A stretch of DNA of 38,677 nucleotides from Candidatus Staskawiczbacteria bacterium RIFCSPLOWO2_01_FULL_33_13 (GCA_001820215.1 MHOW01000011.1:13579-52255); one strand, 5' to 3'; positions 25,301-34,056 are shown, counted from the stretch's first letter. Notes: a model not told the origin generated them from the sequence alone. Program-made: numbers and translations.

Positions 25301-28300
25301 ACCACAGAAAGCTACACTTATGATACTTATGGCAACACCACTCAAAAAATTGAATATGGCGAAGTTTTGGGAAATGATGATGGCGCATTTTTAGATATTG
25401 GAAGTGATAAATTTATAACTAATTATTCTTATGCTTCCAATGGGGAATATATTGTTGGTTTTCCTTCACAGGTAACAGTAAAAAATCAAAGTGGAGAAAA
25501 AGTAAAAGAAAGTAAATTTTACTATGACCTAGAGGCCATTGGTAGTGTAACAAAAGGAAATCTTACAAAACAAGAAGATTGGAAAAATGGCGTCGTCTAT
25601 ATTAACAACCAAAAAACCTACAACAACTATGGTTTGGTGACCGCGTCAATTGACCCAAGTGGAAATGCAACGCAATATGGTTACAATTCTTATAATCTTT
25701 ATCTAGCAATATTAACCAATGCTTTAAATCAGATTACACAATATATTTATGATTACTCTTCGGGACAAGTAACACAAAAGACAGATATTAACGAAAGAGT
25801 ATTTCAACACACCTACGATGGCGTGGGTAGGTTAATAGAAGAAAAACAGCCAGATTTGGCCGTGCCATCAATCTTAGTTACTAAGGCCACATACGCTTAT
25901 ACAGATACTCCAAATGCAGTAAGTGTTAAAAAATCAATTTACCTGGATGCATCAAATTCTGTTGACAGCTATATCTATTTTGATGGGCTTGCTAGAAAAA
26001 TTCAAGAACGCCAAGAGGCTGAAGGAATAAATTTTACAGTAAAAGATTATGTGTATAATAATGTTGGACAACTTGCAAAAGAATCTTTACCTTATTTTTC
26101 AACTGGTTTAAATAAAACTTCACCAACGAATGATTCTACACTTTACATAAATTATAGTTACGATGCTATGGGTCGCATGGTTACTTTAACCAATGCAGTT
26201 GGCAATACTTCAAATACTTACAACAATTGGAAATTTACCACAACGGATGCAAATGGAAAATCTAAAGATTTATACAAAGATGCGTATGGTAATGTACTAC
26301 AAGTTGATGAGCATAATGCTGGCAACACTTATAGTACTTTTTATAGCTATAATTATTTGGGAAATGTAATAAAAATTACTGATGCGTTAAATAATGTGCG
26401 CACCTTTACTTACAATGGGCTTGGCCAAAGATTAATTGCACAAGACCTTCATGCGCCAACAGATACCTCGTTTGGTATTTGGAATTATACTTATGACGAT
26501 TCGGGAAATATAATCCAAGTTGTAAATCCTAATAATCAAATAATTAATTACACCCATGATGATTTACATAGGCAGTTAACCGAGGATTATTTGGGACAGG
26601 AAGGAATAGAAGTAACCAATTCTTACGATAATGGCATTGATGGCAAGGGTCGGCTTACAGGCGTTGTATCTTCAAGTGTAATTCAGAATAATACTTACAA
26701 CGCTTTGGGATTTTTAAAAACTGAATCAAAAATTATAGATTCTGTAACCTACCCAACAACCTATGATTATGACAGGCAGGGGAGTCAAACTATGATTACA
26801 AATCCCGATAATTCACAAGTAAAAAATATTTACAATAGCGCAGGATTGCTTGATAAAACTCAAAGAAAGGAAAGTTCTGATGCAAACTTTATTGATGTAG
26901 TTTCAAATTTTGACTATTCGCCAATAGGACAAATTACCATCCAACAAAACGCAAACGGAACTGTCACAACAAACATCTACGACGCCACCAAACTTTATAG
27001 ATTAATTAATAAAAAAACTACAACTTCGGCTACTCCACCAGCACCACCTTCGCCTCCCGGACCGGTTTCATATTCATCATCTGATATTAATAGTTTTGTA
27101 GATATTAAAATTTCACAAAATCGTCTTAGCGATTTAATAACAAATATTAAAAATGGTGTTTTGGGTTTTGCTTCTAATTTTACCTCCGCTGTAAAATCAT
27201 TCTTTACTGTTCCTGTTGCTATGGCTGTCAGTCCTCCCATCATCTCCACATTCATAAGAGACCCTACCAGCATATTATACGACCAATCATCCAGATTATC
27301 ATGGACTCTTTCTGGCGGAGCTCCCACCAGTTTATCAATTGATAAATCTGTAGGCTCGGTGCTTGGCACTTCAGCCGTAAGAGTTTATCACATTCTTGAT
27401 ACTACTACTTACACTTTAACCGCTAAAAACTCTGCAGGTACTGTCACTAAAAAAGTCACCGTTACCGTTAATCACAAGCCTCCTATTATTTCAACTTTCA
27501 AGGCAGACACCACCACCATAAATTATGGAGACTCTGTCAGATTATCCTGGACACTTTCAGGCGAAGCTCCAACCAGTTTGTCAATTGATAACGGTGTAGG
27601 TTCGGTTTTAGGTATCTCGGCAATACGAGTCTACAATGTCACAAAAACCACAACCTACATTTTAACAGCCAAAAATTCGTACGGCACCGTCACCAAATCC
27701 GTGAAAGTCACTGTTAATCCCCAGGCTCCAGTGATTAATACATTTAGCGCAAGTCCGATTGCAATTACTTCGGGGCAAAGCGTGACATTGGCCTGGACAC
27801 TTTCTGGCGGGGTCCCCACCACACTTTCAATCAACAACAGTGTCGGCTCGGTTTTAGGAATGTCATCAAAATCCGTTTCACCAACGATAACCACCACCTA
27901 TATTATGACAGCAAAAAATATTTCGGGGACTTCATACAACGCTGTGTTGGTCACCGTCAATCCTGCCGCGCCAATTATTTCTACATTTGTAGCAAGTCCC
28001 ACTACTATTAATGCTGGTCAAGCTGCTATTTTATCATGGACGCTTTCTGGCGGAGCTCCCACCAGCTTGTCAATTAATAATTCGGTAGGGTCAGTGCTTG
28101 GTATTTCGTCCTTAAGGATTTATAATATTCTTAATACAACCACTTACACTCTTACTGCAAGCAACACTACTGGTTTTGTAACTAAGTCGGTCACCGTTAT
28201 TGTAACTTTGCCCCAAGCCGAAGCTCCAACCATCAGCCCAAATGGAGGAACATTTACTAGCGCCCAAACCATCACCCTTGAATCGGCCACCACCGGCGCC

Positions 28301-30034
28301 GATATTTATTATGCGACAGATGATTCAACTCCAACGGCCGCTTCAACAAAATATACTACTCCATTTACGCTTGAGCAAACTGCCACCGTAAAAGCTATTG
28401 CCCAAAAATCTGGTTACACCGATTCAACAATTTCATCGGCAATTTTTACTATTAATATTCCACCAACTTCAATCTGGTCTGGCCAAATTATTCAAGATGT
28501 AAGTTATACCTACGACGCCGTTGGTAATATTACAAAAATTGTAGATAATTCAAATACCAACACCAAAAAAGTTTCAACCTACACCTACGACGATTTGTAT
28601 CGAGTTACCAACGCCACTGTTATCGGCAGTGATGATTCAACTAAAAACTATCAGGAAAGTTATGTGTACGATGCCATCGGAAACATTGTAACCAAAACAG
28701 AAACTATTGGCGCTGGCACCCCAACAACCTCCGTTTATTCATACTCAAATGTTGACTACGCCAATCCGCATGCGGTTACCAGTATTGGTGCTACTGCTTT
28801 TTCGTATGACAACAATGGAAATATGTTGAGTTCAACTGGTGGATTTACCAATGTTTGGGATTACAGTAATCGCTTAACTTCTGCAATCAAGGGAACAATT
28901 ACAAATACTTACGGGTATGACGCCGGAGGTCAGAGGATAAAAGTTGCAAGTCCGACAGTTACCACAATCTACCCCACTAAGTTTTATAACACTGACGGAA
29001 CGAATATCGTAAAACACATTTTTGCCGGCTCTCAAGACTTATCCACCGTGCAAGACACCGGAGCAAGTGCTAAAATATATACAAATCACAGTGATTTATT
29101 GAATTCATCGAGTGTGATGACCGATTCCGCCGGCGTCCCCGCTGAAGTGATGGACTATATGCCATTTGGCGCGATCAGGATAGATGAAAAAGTAGGTTCG
29201 TTTAACGAGCAAAGAAAATACATCGGACAAGAATTTGATGCCGAAACAGGATTAAATTATTTAAACGCGAGGTATTACAACAGCGCACTTGGTAGATTTA
29301 TTTCCCAAGACCCGATGTTTTGGAATTTATCAAATGAATTACTCACTGATCCGCAGCAACAAAATTCATATTCATACGCCAGAAATAATCCGATAGTGGG
29401 AAGTGACCCCACTGGGCTACTGGTTGAATTAATGTCCAGACAGGTTTTTGATGCTAAAGGTCGCGATGTCGGAATACACACATTCTTTAAAGTAACGCCA
29501 GATTATCCAAATGATATTCGTATAGATGGGCTCGCAAGCGGAACAAAAGAGTTTACATTCGGCGCATATCCGAGCAGCTCTGATGGGTGGACTAACAAAT
29601 TATCAAAACAAATTGGCACTACAGAGAATAGCCAAGATAAACAATGGGCATTTGAGGGCGGTAAAATAATAAATCAAACCATTGTAAGCCTACCAGAAGG
29701 GGTTAAAAACGATACTGACTTTATTAATAATATGGGAAAAGCATATAATAATATGGATTTATCGGAAATGAATTATTTTTGGCATGGAAATGTTTCTGGA
29801 TTATATGATGGCAATTCCAATAATTTTACCTATACATTAGGTGTAAAAAGTGGGGCAAAGAGTCAAATGGATTCCTTTGATCCGGGCCCAGGTATAGCTA
29901 AAATAGTCGGTGAATATGGTTATGGCAAGACTTTACCCACCACAAGTATATATCACACAGCGAGGGACATGGCATATTATATGGGGAATAAAATTGGTCA
30001 ATTCGTTTCTTCATTAAAAGCCAAAAAGAAATAA
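22325..30034 (+). CDS. Secreted RHS polymorphic toxin (SpvB-like, FG-GAP repeats, YD repeats, Ig-like insert, RHS core, C-terminal toxin)
   Basis: Signal peptide; TGAL.YSYPI.VP.GRNGMQP.L.L.YNS; WYL..V.DTNGN; DINGDGL.D repeats; F.GF; YD repeats; YIGQEFD.ETGL.Y..ARYY....GRFISQDP...NSYSYA.NNP....DPTG. Confidence 0.95.
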   Translation: MGMAYKSFKKTIKALQKTVVLFLVFVFFITPLAPVFAEVLDSTPAFETTEASTEILVSSDIFPTVDPVPSDTSSDVAVFSDASSPSPVDSTIPGDKTDPTSTSYNKNSTSSSMGASTTSSSSSSEVSDSFSTIKQSIPEPDPATGALIYSYPITVPLGRNGMQPDLKLHYNSQSAAQDGIFGYGFEANIPKIERINKHGVNKLYDYKDFRSSLSGELVNISSEDYVAKIENGSFLKYKLIDGVWIITDKKGTLYKFGRFDSSKIYDFSNTDKIYAWYLDEVVDTNGNSIKYFYTKNVADNFLYPDKIVYTGSGAEAGIFSVEFKKEFRPDSYTKNSTGFTQKINERIKSIETYVFGTLSRKYDLIYKIGDNGKRSMLEKIIESGTDGFGVTTTLPSFNFAYTKGDVGLVNTPSINYPMVVEDGASVPFSFADNAVKIIDINGDGLKDIVKSSIIIKDGVDRPVFWVLKNNGSGWVVDNSYLQPMYSFVNSLGNTVNEYFTFSNSIDVGDWNGDGKDDLIKFWVEINGAKDKQHAVVLLNTGTAWVQNTNITTDIPYTQAGSPIYVYSGSYGSQNHFIDLNGDGLIDYINASNYQQNGINYPSFAVLYNDGEDLKWDATMPQPYAKPNLASASEPLALSNSTKILDINGDGLVDFIFANNYQINGIDNPSFWVLINNGHGWDQDLTITQAQYISLDVNDNAKTNYFTSTQGWRVVDINEDSLPDFIMFGTIDTGANTYKKRKTVLVNTGKGWIQDDSLITIGDYTYVDSNGTQTNYPNSGAGDIVLLDINGDGLFDITRPGSYYQSGVFRASNWTLLNNGKIANTLAKIELPQGGSYDFSYKMTSAYKDASGNLLNNNLPSAHNTIKKIIQNDSNGAASTKDYEYSGGRFFYENSFNKRFAGFEKITKINPVGEKFITYYHQGNTTNSTQGEFDDQESKIGMIYRSELYDNSNNIYSKNIQKWDSADLGGGVKFVKLAQTVNFIHDGEATHRDTTESYTYDTYGNTTQKIEYGEVLGNDDGAFLDIGSDKFITNYSYASNGEYIVGFPSQVTVKNQSGEKVKESKFYYDLEAIGSVTKGNLTKQEDWKNGVVYINNQKTYNNYGLVTASIDPSGNATQYGYNSYNLYLAILTNALNQITQYIYDYSSGQVTQKTDINERVFQHTYDGVGRLIEEKQPDLAVPSILVTKATYAYTDTPNAVSVKKSIYLDASNSVDSYIYFDGLARKIQERQEAEGINFTVKDYVYNNVGQLAKESLPYFSTGLNKTSPTNDSTLYINYSYDAMGRMVTLTNAVGNTSNTYNNWKFTTTDANGKSKDLYKDAYGNVLQVDEHNAGNTYSTFYSYNYLGNVIKITDALNNVRTFTYNGLGQRLIAQDLHAPTDTSFGIWNYTYDDSGNIIQVVNPNNQIINYTHDDLHRQLTEDYLGQEGIEVTNSYDNGIDGKGRLTGVVSSSVIQNNTYNALGFLKTESKIIDSVTYPTTYDYDRQGSQTMITNPDNSQVKNIYNSAGLLDKTQRKESSDANFIDVVSNFDYSPIGQITIQQNANGTVTTNIYDATKLYRLINKKTTTSATPPAPPSPPGPVSYSSSDINSFVDIKISQNRLSDLITNIKNGVLGFASNFTSAVKSFFTVPVAMAVSPPIISTFIRDPTSILYDQSSRLSWTLSGGAPTSLSIDKSVGSVLGTSAVRVYHILDTTTYTLTAKNSAGTVTKKVTVTVNHKPPIISTFKADTTTINYGDSVRLSWTLSGEAPTSLSIDNGVGSVLGISAIRVYNVTKTTTYILTAKNSYGTVTKSVKVTVNPQAPVINTFSASPIAITSGQSVTLAWTLSGGVPTTLSINNSVGSVLGMSSKSVSPTITTTYIMTAKNISGTSYNAVLVTVNPAAPIISTFVASPTTINAGQAAILSWTLSGGAPTSLSINNSVGSVLGISSLRIYNILNTTTYTLTASNTTGFVTKSVTVIVTLPQAEAPTISPNGGTFTSAQTITLESATTGADIYYATDDSTPTAASTKYTTPFTLEQTATVKAIAQKSGYTDSTISSAIFTINIPPTSIWSGQIIQDVSYTYDAVGNITKIVDNSNTNTKKVSTYTYDDLYRVTNATVIGSDDSTKNYQESYVYDAIGNIVTKTETIGAGTPTTSVYSYSNVDYANPHAVTSIGATAFSYDNNGNMLSSTGGFTNVWDYSNRLTSAIKGTITNTYGYDAGGQRIKVASPTVTTIYPTKFYNTDGTNIVKHIFAGSQDLSTVQDTGASAKIYTNHSDLLNSSSVMTDSAGVPAEVMDYMPFGAIRIDEKVGSFNEQRKYIGQEFDAETGLNYLNARYYNSALGRFISQDPMFWNLSNELLTDPQQQNSYSYARNNPIVGSDPTGLLVELMSRQVFDAKGRDVGIHTFFKVTPDYPNDIRIDGLASGTKEFTFGAYPSSSDGWTNKLSKQIGTTENSQDKQWAFEGGKIINQTIVSLPEGVKNDTDFINNMGKAYNNMDLSEMNYFWHGNVSGLYDGNSNNFTYTLGVKSGAKSQMDSFDPGPGIAKIVGEYGYGKTLPTTSIYHTARDMAYYMGNKIGQFVSSLKAKKK
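27233..28210 (+). repeat. Four tandem ~82-aa Ig/PKD-like repeats inside the RHS gene
   Basis: Units start at ~27233, 27479, 27725 and 27968: P.I.TF...T.I..G.S..LSWTLSGG.PTSLSI...VGSVLG....TTTY.LTA.N..G...K.V.V.V. Confidence 0.9.
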
Positions 30035-30039
30035 AAGTT

Positions 30040-30333
30040 ATGAAAAACATATTTATCAGTATATTGAAGCAAATAGGGAAATTATTTATCGGGATATTTT
30101 TAGGAATTACCATAGAGCTTTTTACTGGGATTGGTTTATCTTATTTAGTGGAGAAATTCTATACAGTCCATTTTGACCCAGGTCCTTTTGTAGTAGAATA
30201 CCCATTATTAATAATATTATTACTAGGAATATATCTTGTGTTCTGGAAAAAACAATATGCACTAACTATGGGTATGTTTCTTGGTGCCATTATTTTTATT
30301 TTTTCATTGGGAATTGTCCTTACTGGGACTTAA
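30040..30333 (+). CDS. Small 3-TM protein, candidate immunity protein
   Basis: Begins 5 nt after the toxin stop; hydrophobic. Confidence 0.6.
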   Translation: MKNIFISILKQIGKLFIGIFLGITIELFTGIGLSYLVEKFYTVHFDPGPFVVEYPLLIILLLGIYLVFWKKQYALTMGMFLGAIIFIFSLGIVLTGT

Positions 30334-30357
30334 ATTTGGTTTTCAGACGAGTAAATT

Positions 30358-30642
30358 ATGAAAAAATCATTTATTATTGGCATCGGATTAATTTCAGGTT
30401 TTATTTTTGAGCTTTTGAATCTTTCGGAATTTTATAGTATTTTTTTCCCGAAAAACTATGTAAACGCCAACGCTTCGCTTTTTCTTTTCATAGGTCCATT
30501 GTTGTTTATAATATCAAGTATTATTTTTACGATATTTATAAAAAAATACAATTGGATGTGGCTAATGGTCGGTTTTTTCGGCGGTTTCTCATTATGTTTT
30601 ATGGGTTTTATGATGTTATTAACTCTTGGTGGAGAAGTTTAG
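30358..30642 (+). CDS. Small 3-TM protein, candidate second or orphan immunity protein
   Basis: Similar size and topology to the previous gene. Confidence 0.55.
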   Translation: MKKSFIIGIGLISGFIFELLNLSEFYSIFFPKNYVNANASLFLFIGPLLFIISSIIFTIFIKKYNWMWLMVGFFGGFSLCFMGFMMLLTLGGEV

Positions 30643-30670
30643 ATTAGGACAAATATTACCAATAATAGAA

Positions 30671-30794
30671 ATGATAAAGAAAATAATAATTAAAGATGCA
30701 TATAGGACCATTTCGTTAGATTTTTCTCTAGAATTAGAGAAAATGACAATTATCACTGGAAAAAATAATTCTGGGAAGACAAATTTTATTACGA
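30671..30794 (+). pseudogene. 5' fragment of an ABC/AAA (OLD-like) ATPase, cut at a REP
   Basis: MIKKIIIK..YRTI...LEL.KMTIITGKNNSGKTNFI, then the frame runs into the REP at 30795. Confidence 0.7.
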
Positions 30795-30987
30795 GTAATG
30801 GGGACAGCCACCATTTTATAAAAAATATGATATACTAAATACATGCCAAGAATATCAAGAAGAGTCGGCGTTGGCCAAGAAGTGTATCATATCTTAAACA
30901 GTGAGAATAGAGAATAGGGGAGAATAGGGACGGAGAATAGGGACAGCCACCATTTATTGTTCTAGGTGATTGTGATATGATATCTGT

Positions 30988-31665
30988 ATGCCAAGAACAG
31001 CCAGAGTTGATATTGGACAAGAAGTTTACCATATTTTAAACAGGGCTAATGCCCGTGTGCAGATTTTTGATAATACAAAAGACTACTTAGATTTCGAAAA
31101 AATATTACAGGAGGCAGTGGAGCGCTTTGCAATGAGACTTTTAACTTATTGTGTTATGCCTAACCACTGGCATTTGGTAGTCTATCCAAAACAAGATAAA
31201 GATTTGGCTAAATTTATGGGATGGCTTACCAATACCCATACCCGTCGTTGGCACGCAGCTAAAAAAACCACTGGTCAGGGACATTTATACCAAGGAAGAT
31301 ACAAATCATTTTTGTGTCAGCAGGACGATCATTTTATTACATTAATGCAGTATGTAGAACGCAATCCTAAGAAAGCTGGGCTTTGTAATTTTGCGCAAGA
31401 TTGGAAGTGGGGCAGTATTTGGCGACGTGAGAATGGAAACAAAGAACAGCAGAAAATACTTTCAGAATGGCCAGTTGATATACCGAAGGGTTATTTAGAA
31501 TTAGTGAATCGTGCATCTGATAAAAAAATTGCTGAAATGGAAAAAATAATTGATGTAACTATCGAAAAAGGGAATCCATTTGGAGATAGTGAATGGGTAA
31601 AAAAAATTGTTAAAAAATTCGGACTTGAGCAGACGTTACGAACTGTAGGGAGGCCAAAGAAGTGA
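30988..31665 (+). mobile_element. rayT: REP-associated tyrosine (HUH/Y1) transposase
   Basis: MPR.AR...YHILNRAN....IF....DY..F; YCVMPNHWHL; GHLYQGRYKS; YVERNP..AG; W.W.S; C-terminal GRPKK; flanked by inverted REPs. Confidence 0.92.
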
Positions 31666-31728
31666 GTAATGGTGGCTGTCCCCATTACCCCAAAAAAGGG
31701 GTAAAATACACTTCACTCTTGACAGGTA

Positions 31729-31757
31729 TTGATTGTTTTTTGGGAATGTGCTACTAT
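31729..31757 (+). promoter_or_regulatory. Sigma70 promoter TTGATT-N17-TACTAT for leader 1
   Basis: 17-nt spacer and extended -10 TG; ATG follows after 7 nt. Confidence 0.6.
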
Positions 31758-31764
31758 TAATATA

Positions 31765-31914
31765 ATGGAGAAAATGAAAGAAAATATACTGTTTTTTACG
31801 CATAAAAATTCAAGAAATGGAATTTTAATGTCCTATGTGTTTGTTAGTGTCCCTGATAAGTTTAGAGAGAAGAGCTTCTCTAGTGTTAAGAATTTTTTCA
31901 ACAATTTAATTTGA
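31765..31914 (+). CDS. Candidate 49-aa speD leader peptide 1
   Basis: MEKMKENILFFTHKNSRNGILMSYVFVSVPDKFREKSFSSVKNFFNNLI*, similar to leader 2. Confidence 0.6.
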   Translation: MEKMKENILFFTHKNSRNGILMSYVFVSVPDKFREKSFSSVKNFFNNLI

Positions 31915-31918
31915 AATT

Positions 31919-31945
31919 TGCACCCTTTGATGGGTGTATTTTTTT
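31919..31945 (+). terminator. Attenuator-like terminator between leader 1 and the speD fragment
   Basis: tgcaccc-tttgat-gggtgta followed by T7. Confidence 0.7.
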
Positions 31946-31955
31946 ACGAAAATAT

Positions 31956-32036
31956 ATGTATTTTGGAGAGCATGTAACGATCGACGGCTATAATGGAGAT
32001 TTTGGAAAATTAAATGACAAAGAGCTTGTAGGGTAA
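31956..32036 (+). pseudogene. 5' fragment of a SpeD-like S-adenosylmethionine decarboxylase, cut at a REP cluster
   Basis: MYFGEHVTIDGYNGDFGKLNDKELV resembles the G.H...D.Y......L.D.E N-terminus; the stop is supplied by the ggtaaatgg repeat before the REP. Confidence 0.65.
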
Positions 32037-32158
32037 ATGGGGTAAATGGGGTCAGCCACCATTTAGGATGAGCAAAGAACGAATGAGCGGGGGACAGTCC
32101 TTGCTAAGGGTTATTGTCACTTTTTTATTTGTGGTATAATGAAAGAGTGGATTGGGGG

Positions 32159-32187
32159 TTGCATATTTTAATATTGTGTGGTAGACT
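32159..32187 (+). promoter_or_regulatory. Sigma70 promoter TTGCAT-N17-TAGACT for leader 2
   Basis: 17-nt spacer and extended -10 TG. Confidence 0.55.
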
Positions 32188-32203
32188 ATAATCAATCAAC
32201 AAT

Positions 32204-32353
32204 ATGAATTCAAACATTTTAAGGAATGCCATCTTAATTACTGGCAGTTTAACGCATCGAATGACGATGTGCTATTCTTTTGTTGACTCTCCGGATTCAT
32301 TAAAGGAAAGATTTAATTGTGAATTTAATAATATTTTTAAAAAAATTAGTTAA
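32204..32353 (+). CDS. Candidate 49-aa speD leader peptide 2
   Basis: Not in the ORF track. MNSNILRNAILITGSLTHRMTMCYSFVDSPDSLKERFNCEFNNIFKKIS*. Confidence 0.6.
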   Translation: MNSNILRNAILITGSLTHRMTMCYSFVDSPDSLKERFNCEFNNIFKKIS

Positions 32354-32356
32354 AAT

Positions 32357-32380
32357 CGCCCCTTGTGGGCGTGTTTTTTT
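32357..32380 (+). terminator. Attenuator-like terminator between leader 2 and speD
   Basis: cgccc-cttgt-gggcg followed by tgttttttt. Confidence 0.7.
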
Positions 32381-32479
32381 ATAAAATAATCTTAAAAATA
32401 CAATTTTGCCCCGCCAAATATCGAATCGATTTTTAAAAATAGTGTGTCGAAATAAATATAAATAAAAATTATAAAAAGT

Positions 32480-32860
32480 ATGACAAAAAAAACAAAAGAC
32501 AATAATGCTCCTTATGGAGCAGAGCTTCTCGTAGATCTTCATGATTGTGACTTAGTAGGATTGGTTAATAAGGAAAAATTAACCGAATTTTTCGTGACCT
32601 TATGTGAAAAGATTGATATGAAACGGCATGGCAACCCACTTTTTTGGGAGGATTACAGCGATCTGCCTCACCTTAATGGTGTTTCTGCTATGCAGTTTAT
32701 CGAAACGAGCACTATTGTGTGCCACCCTCTTCCAATGTTAAACTCCGTCTATGTTAATATTTTCTCTTGCAAAGAGTTTGATGAACAAGTGGCTCTTGAT
32801 TACTGTATTAATTTTTGGCGAGCCAAAAAAGAGGTACACAATTTAGTAGTGAGAACTTAA
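32480..32860 (+). CDS. speD: Pyruvoyl-dependent S-adenosylmethionine decarboxylase-like proenzyme
   Basis: YG.EL.VDLHDC, GVSAMQFIETSTIVCH, Y.NIFSCKEFD. Confidence 0.8.
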   Translation: MTKKTKDNNAPYGAELLVDLHDCDLVGLVNKEKLTEFFVTLCEKIDMKRHGNPLFWEDYSDLPHLNGVSAMQFIETSTIVCHPLPMLNSVYVNIFSCKEFDEQVALDYCINFWRAKKEVHNLVVRT

Positions 32861-32869
32861 ATCTAAAAC

Positions 32870-33187
32870 ATGAACATATTTTATCAGTTTTTATTCATAT
32901 TCGTTACTACTGGATTTTTTGTTGCTTGCAATGTAATAACGGCACAGTGGGCTAAAACGGGCCAAAATTTGCTTTGGATTCCGGTTTTTGTATGTGCCAT
33001 GATCGGATATATACTCTTTGGGCTATTAATAAAGCAAACTAATCTTGCTGTTAGTTCTGGCTTAGTTGATGCTCTTTTGGTTGTGCTTTCCATATCAATT
33101 GGAATCTTTATTCTAAAAGATGCAGTTAACACTCAACAAATAGTGGGGCTTGTCCTTGCTTGCCTTGCCGTAATACTTATGATATAA
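32870..33187 (+). CDS. Small 4-TM DMT/SMR-like transporter
   Basis: 105 aa, four TM segments, L.VS...G.FILKD.V...QIVGL.LA..AV.L. Confidence 0.75.
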   Translation: MNIFYQFLFIFVTTGFFVACNVITAQWAKTGQNLLWIPVFVCAMIGYILFGLLIKQTNLAVSSGLVDALLVVLSISIGIFILKDAVNTQQIVGLVLACLAVILMI

Positions 33188-33228
33188 TAATAGCATAGGT
33201 GCTTATTTAATTAGAAAATTTTTTAAAT

Positions 33229-34056
33229 ATGAAATTAAGTAACTCTTCAAAGATTATTATTATACTTTTTTTGTTGACGGTTGTTTTCTGGATTAGTCTT
33301 TTCTTTATTACCGATAGTGCAATCCTCGATAATATTAGGAGATTTACACAGATACCATTAGTTATCATTCCTCTTATTGGTGGTCTTTTGGGACTTAGAA
33401 ATGGTTTAAATTGGGGGGGTATGAAAAGCGTATTAGGAAGATCTGTTTTGGGTATTAGCCTTGGTTTGCTTGCCTGGGCCGGCGGTATGATTATATGGAA
33501 TTACTATCTTTTCTTTACTGTTGTAGAAGTCCCTTATCCATCTTTGGCAGATGTTATTTTCATATTAAGTTGGCCGTTATGGACTTATGGACTTTTGCAA
33601 TTGTCTCGAGCCATTGGTCTCAGATTTGCTTGGAAGAATTTATCACATAAGAAAAGTATATTTTTTATTTCGGGAATCATTATTCTATTATCAGTCTATC
33701 TTATATTCGGCGTAGCTCGCGATTGGGGAGTGTCGTTTACTGATTTAAATATTAAGTTATTTTTTGATATTTTCTATCCCATAGGAAGTATTGTAATATC
33801 CACTCTAGTATTTTTAATATACTGGCTTTCAAAAGGTTTTCTTGGGGGTATTTATAAAACTTCAATTATTGTGCTTTTCTCGGGCTTTATTATGAATTAT
33901 GCTTCGGATTTTACGTTTTCATTAACAACAACTAACGAAACTTACTTTAACGGACATTTTGTTGATTTTATGTTTACTGTGGCAATGTTTATTTTGTCCC
34001 TTGGATTATCAATGTTAAATTCTAGTATTTTAAATATAAGAGAAGATAAAAAGTAA
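33229..34056 (+). CDS. Multi-TM membrane protein resembling membrane sensor domains of kinases/cyclases
   Basis: About 8 TM segments; W..G..IW.YY.....EVPYPSLAD.F; D.FYP; D..F motifs. Confidence 0.75.
   Translation: MKLSNSSKIIIILFLLTVVFWISLFFITDSAILDNIRRFTQIPLVIIPLIGGLLGLRNGLNWGGMKSVLGRSVLGISLGLLAWAGGMIIWNYYLFFTVVEVPYPSLADVIFILSWPLWTYGLLQLSRAIGLRFAWKNLSHKKSIFFISGIIILLSVYLIFGVARDWGVSFTDLNIKLFFDIFYPIGSIVISTLVFLIYWLSKGFLGGIYKTSIIVLFSGFIMNYASDFTFSLTTTNETYFNGHFVDFMFTVAMFILSLGLSMLNSSILNIREDKK

Larger units (their letters stand above)
30795..32100. repeat. RAYT-associated REP family AATGGGGACAGCCACCATT (4 full copies, 1 partial)
   Basis: Copies at 30795-30815 (+), 30936-30955 (+), 31668-31688 (-, identical to the first over 21 bp), 32045-32064 (+) and partial 32089-32100. 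Confidence 0.85.

Noticed and set aside
27233..28210. DGR template/variable repeats
   Set aside because: No reverse transcriptase, and differences are not adenine-specific; these are ordinary domain repeats.
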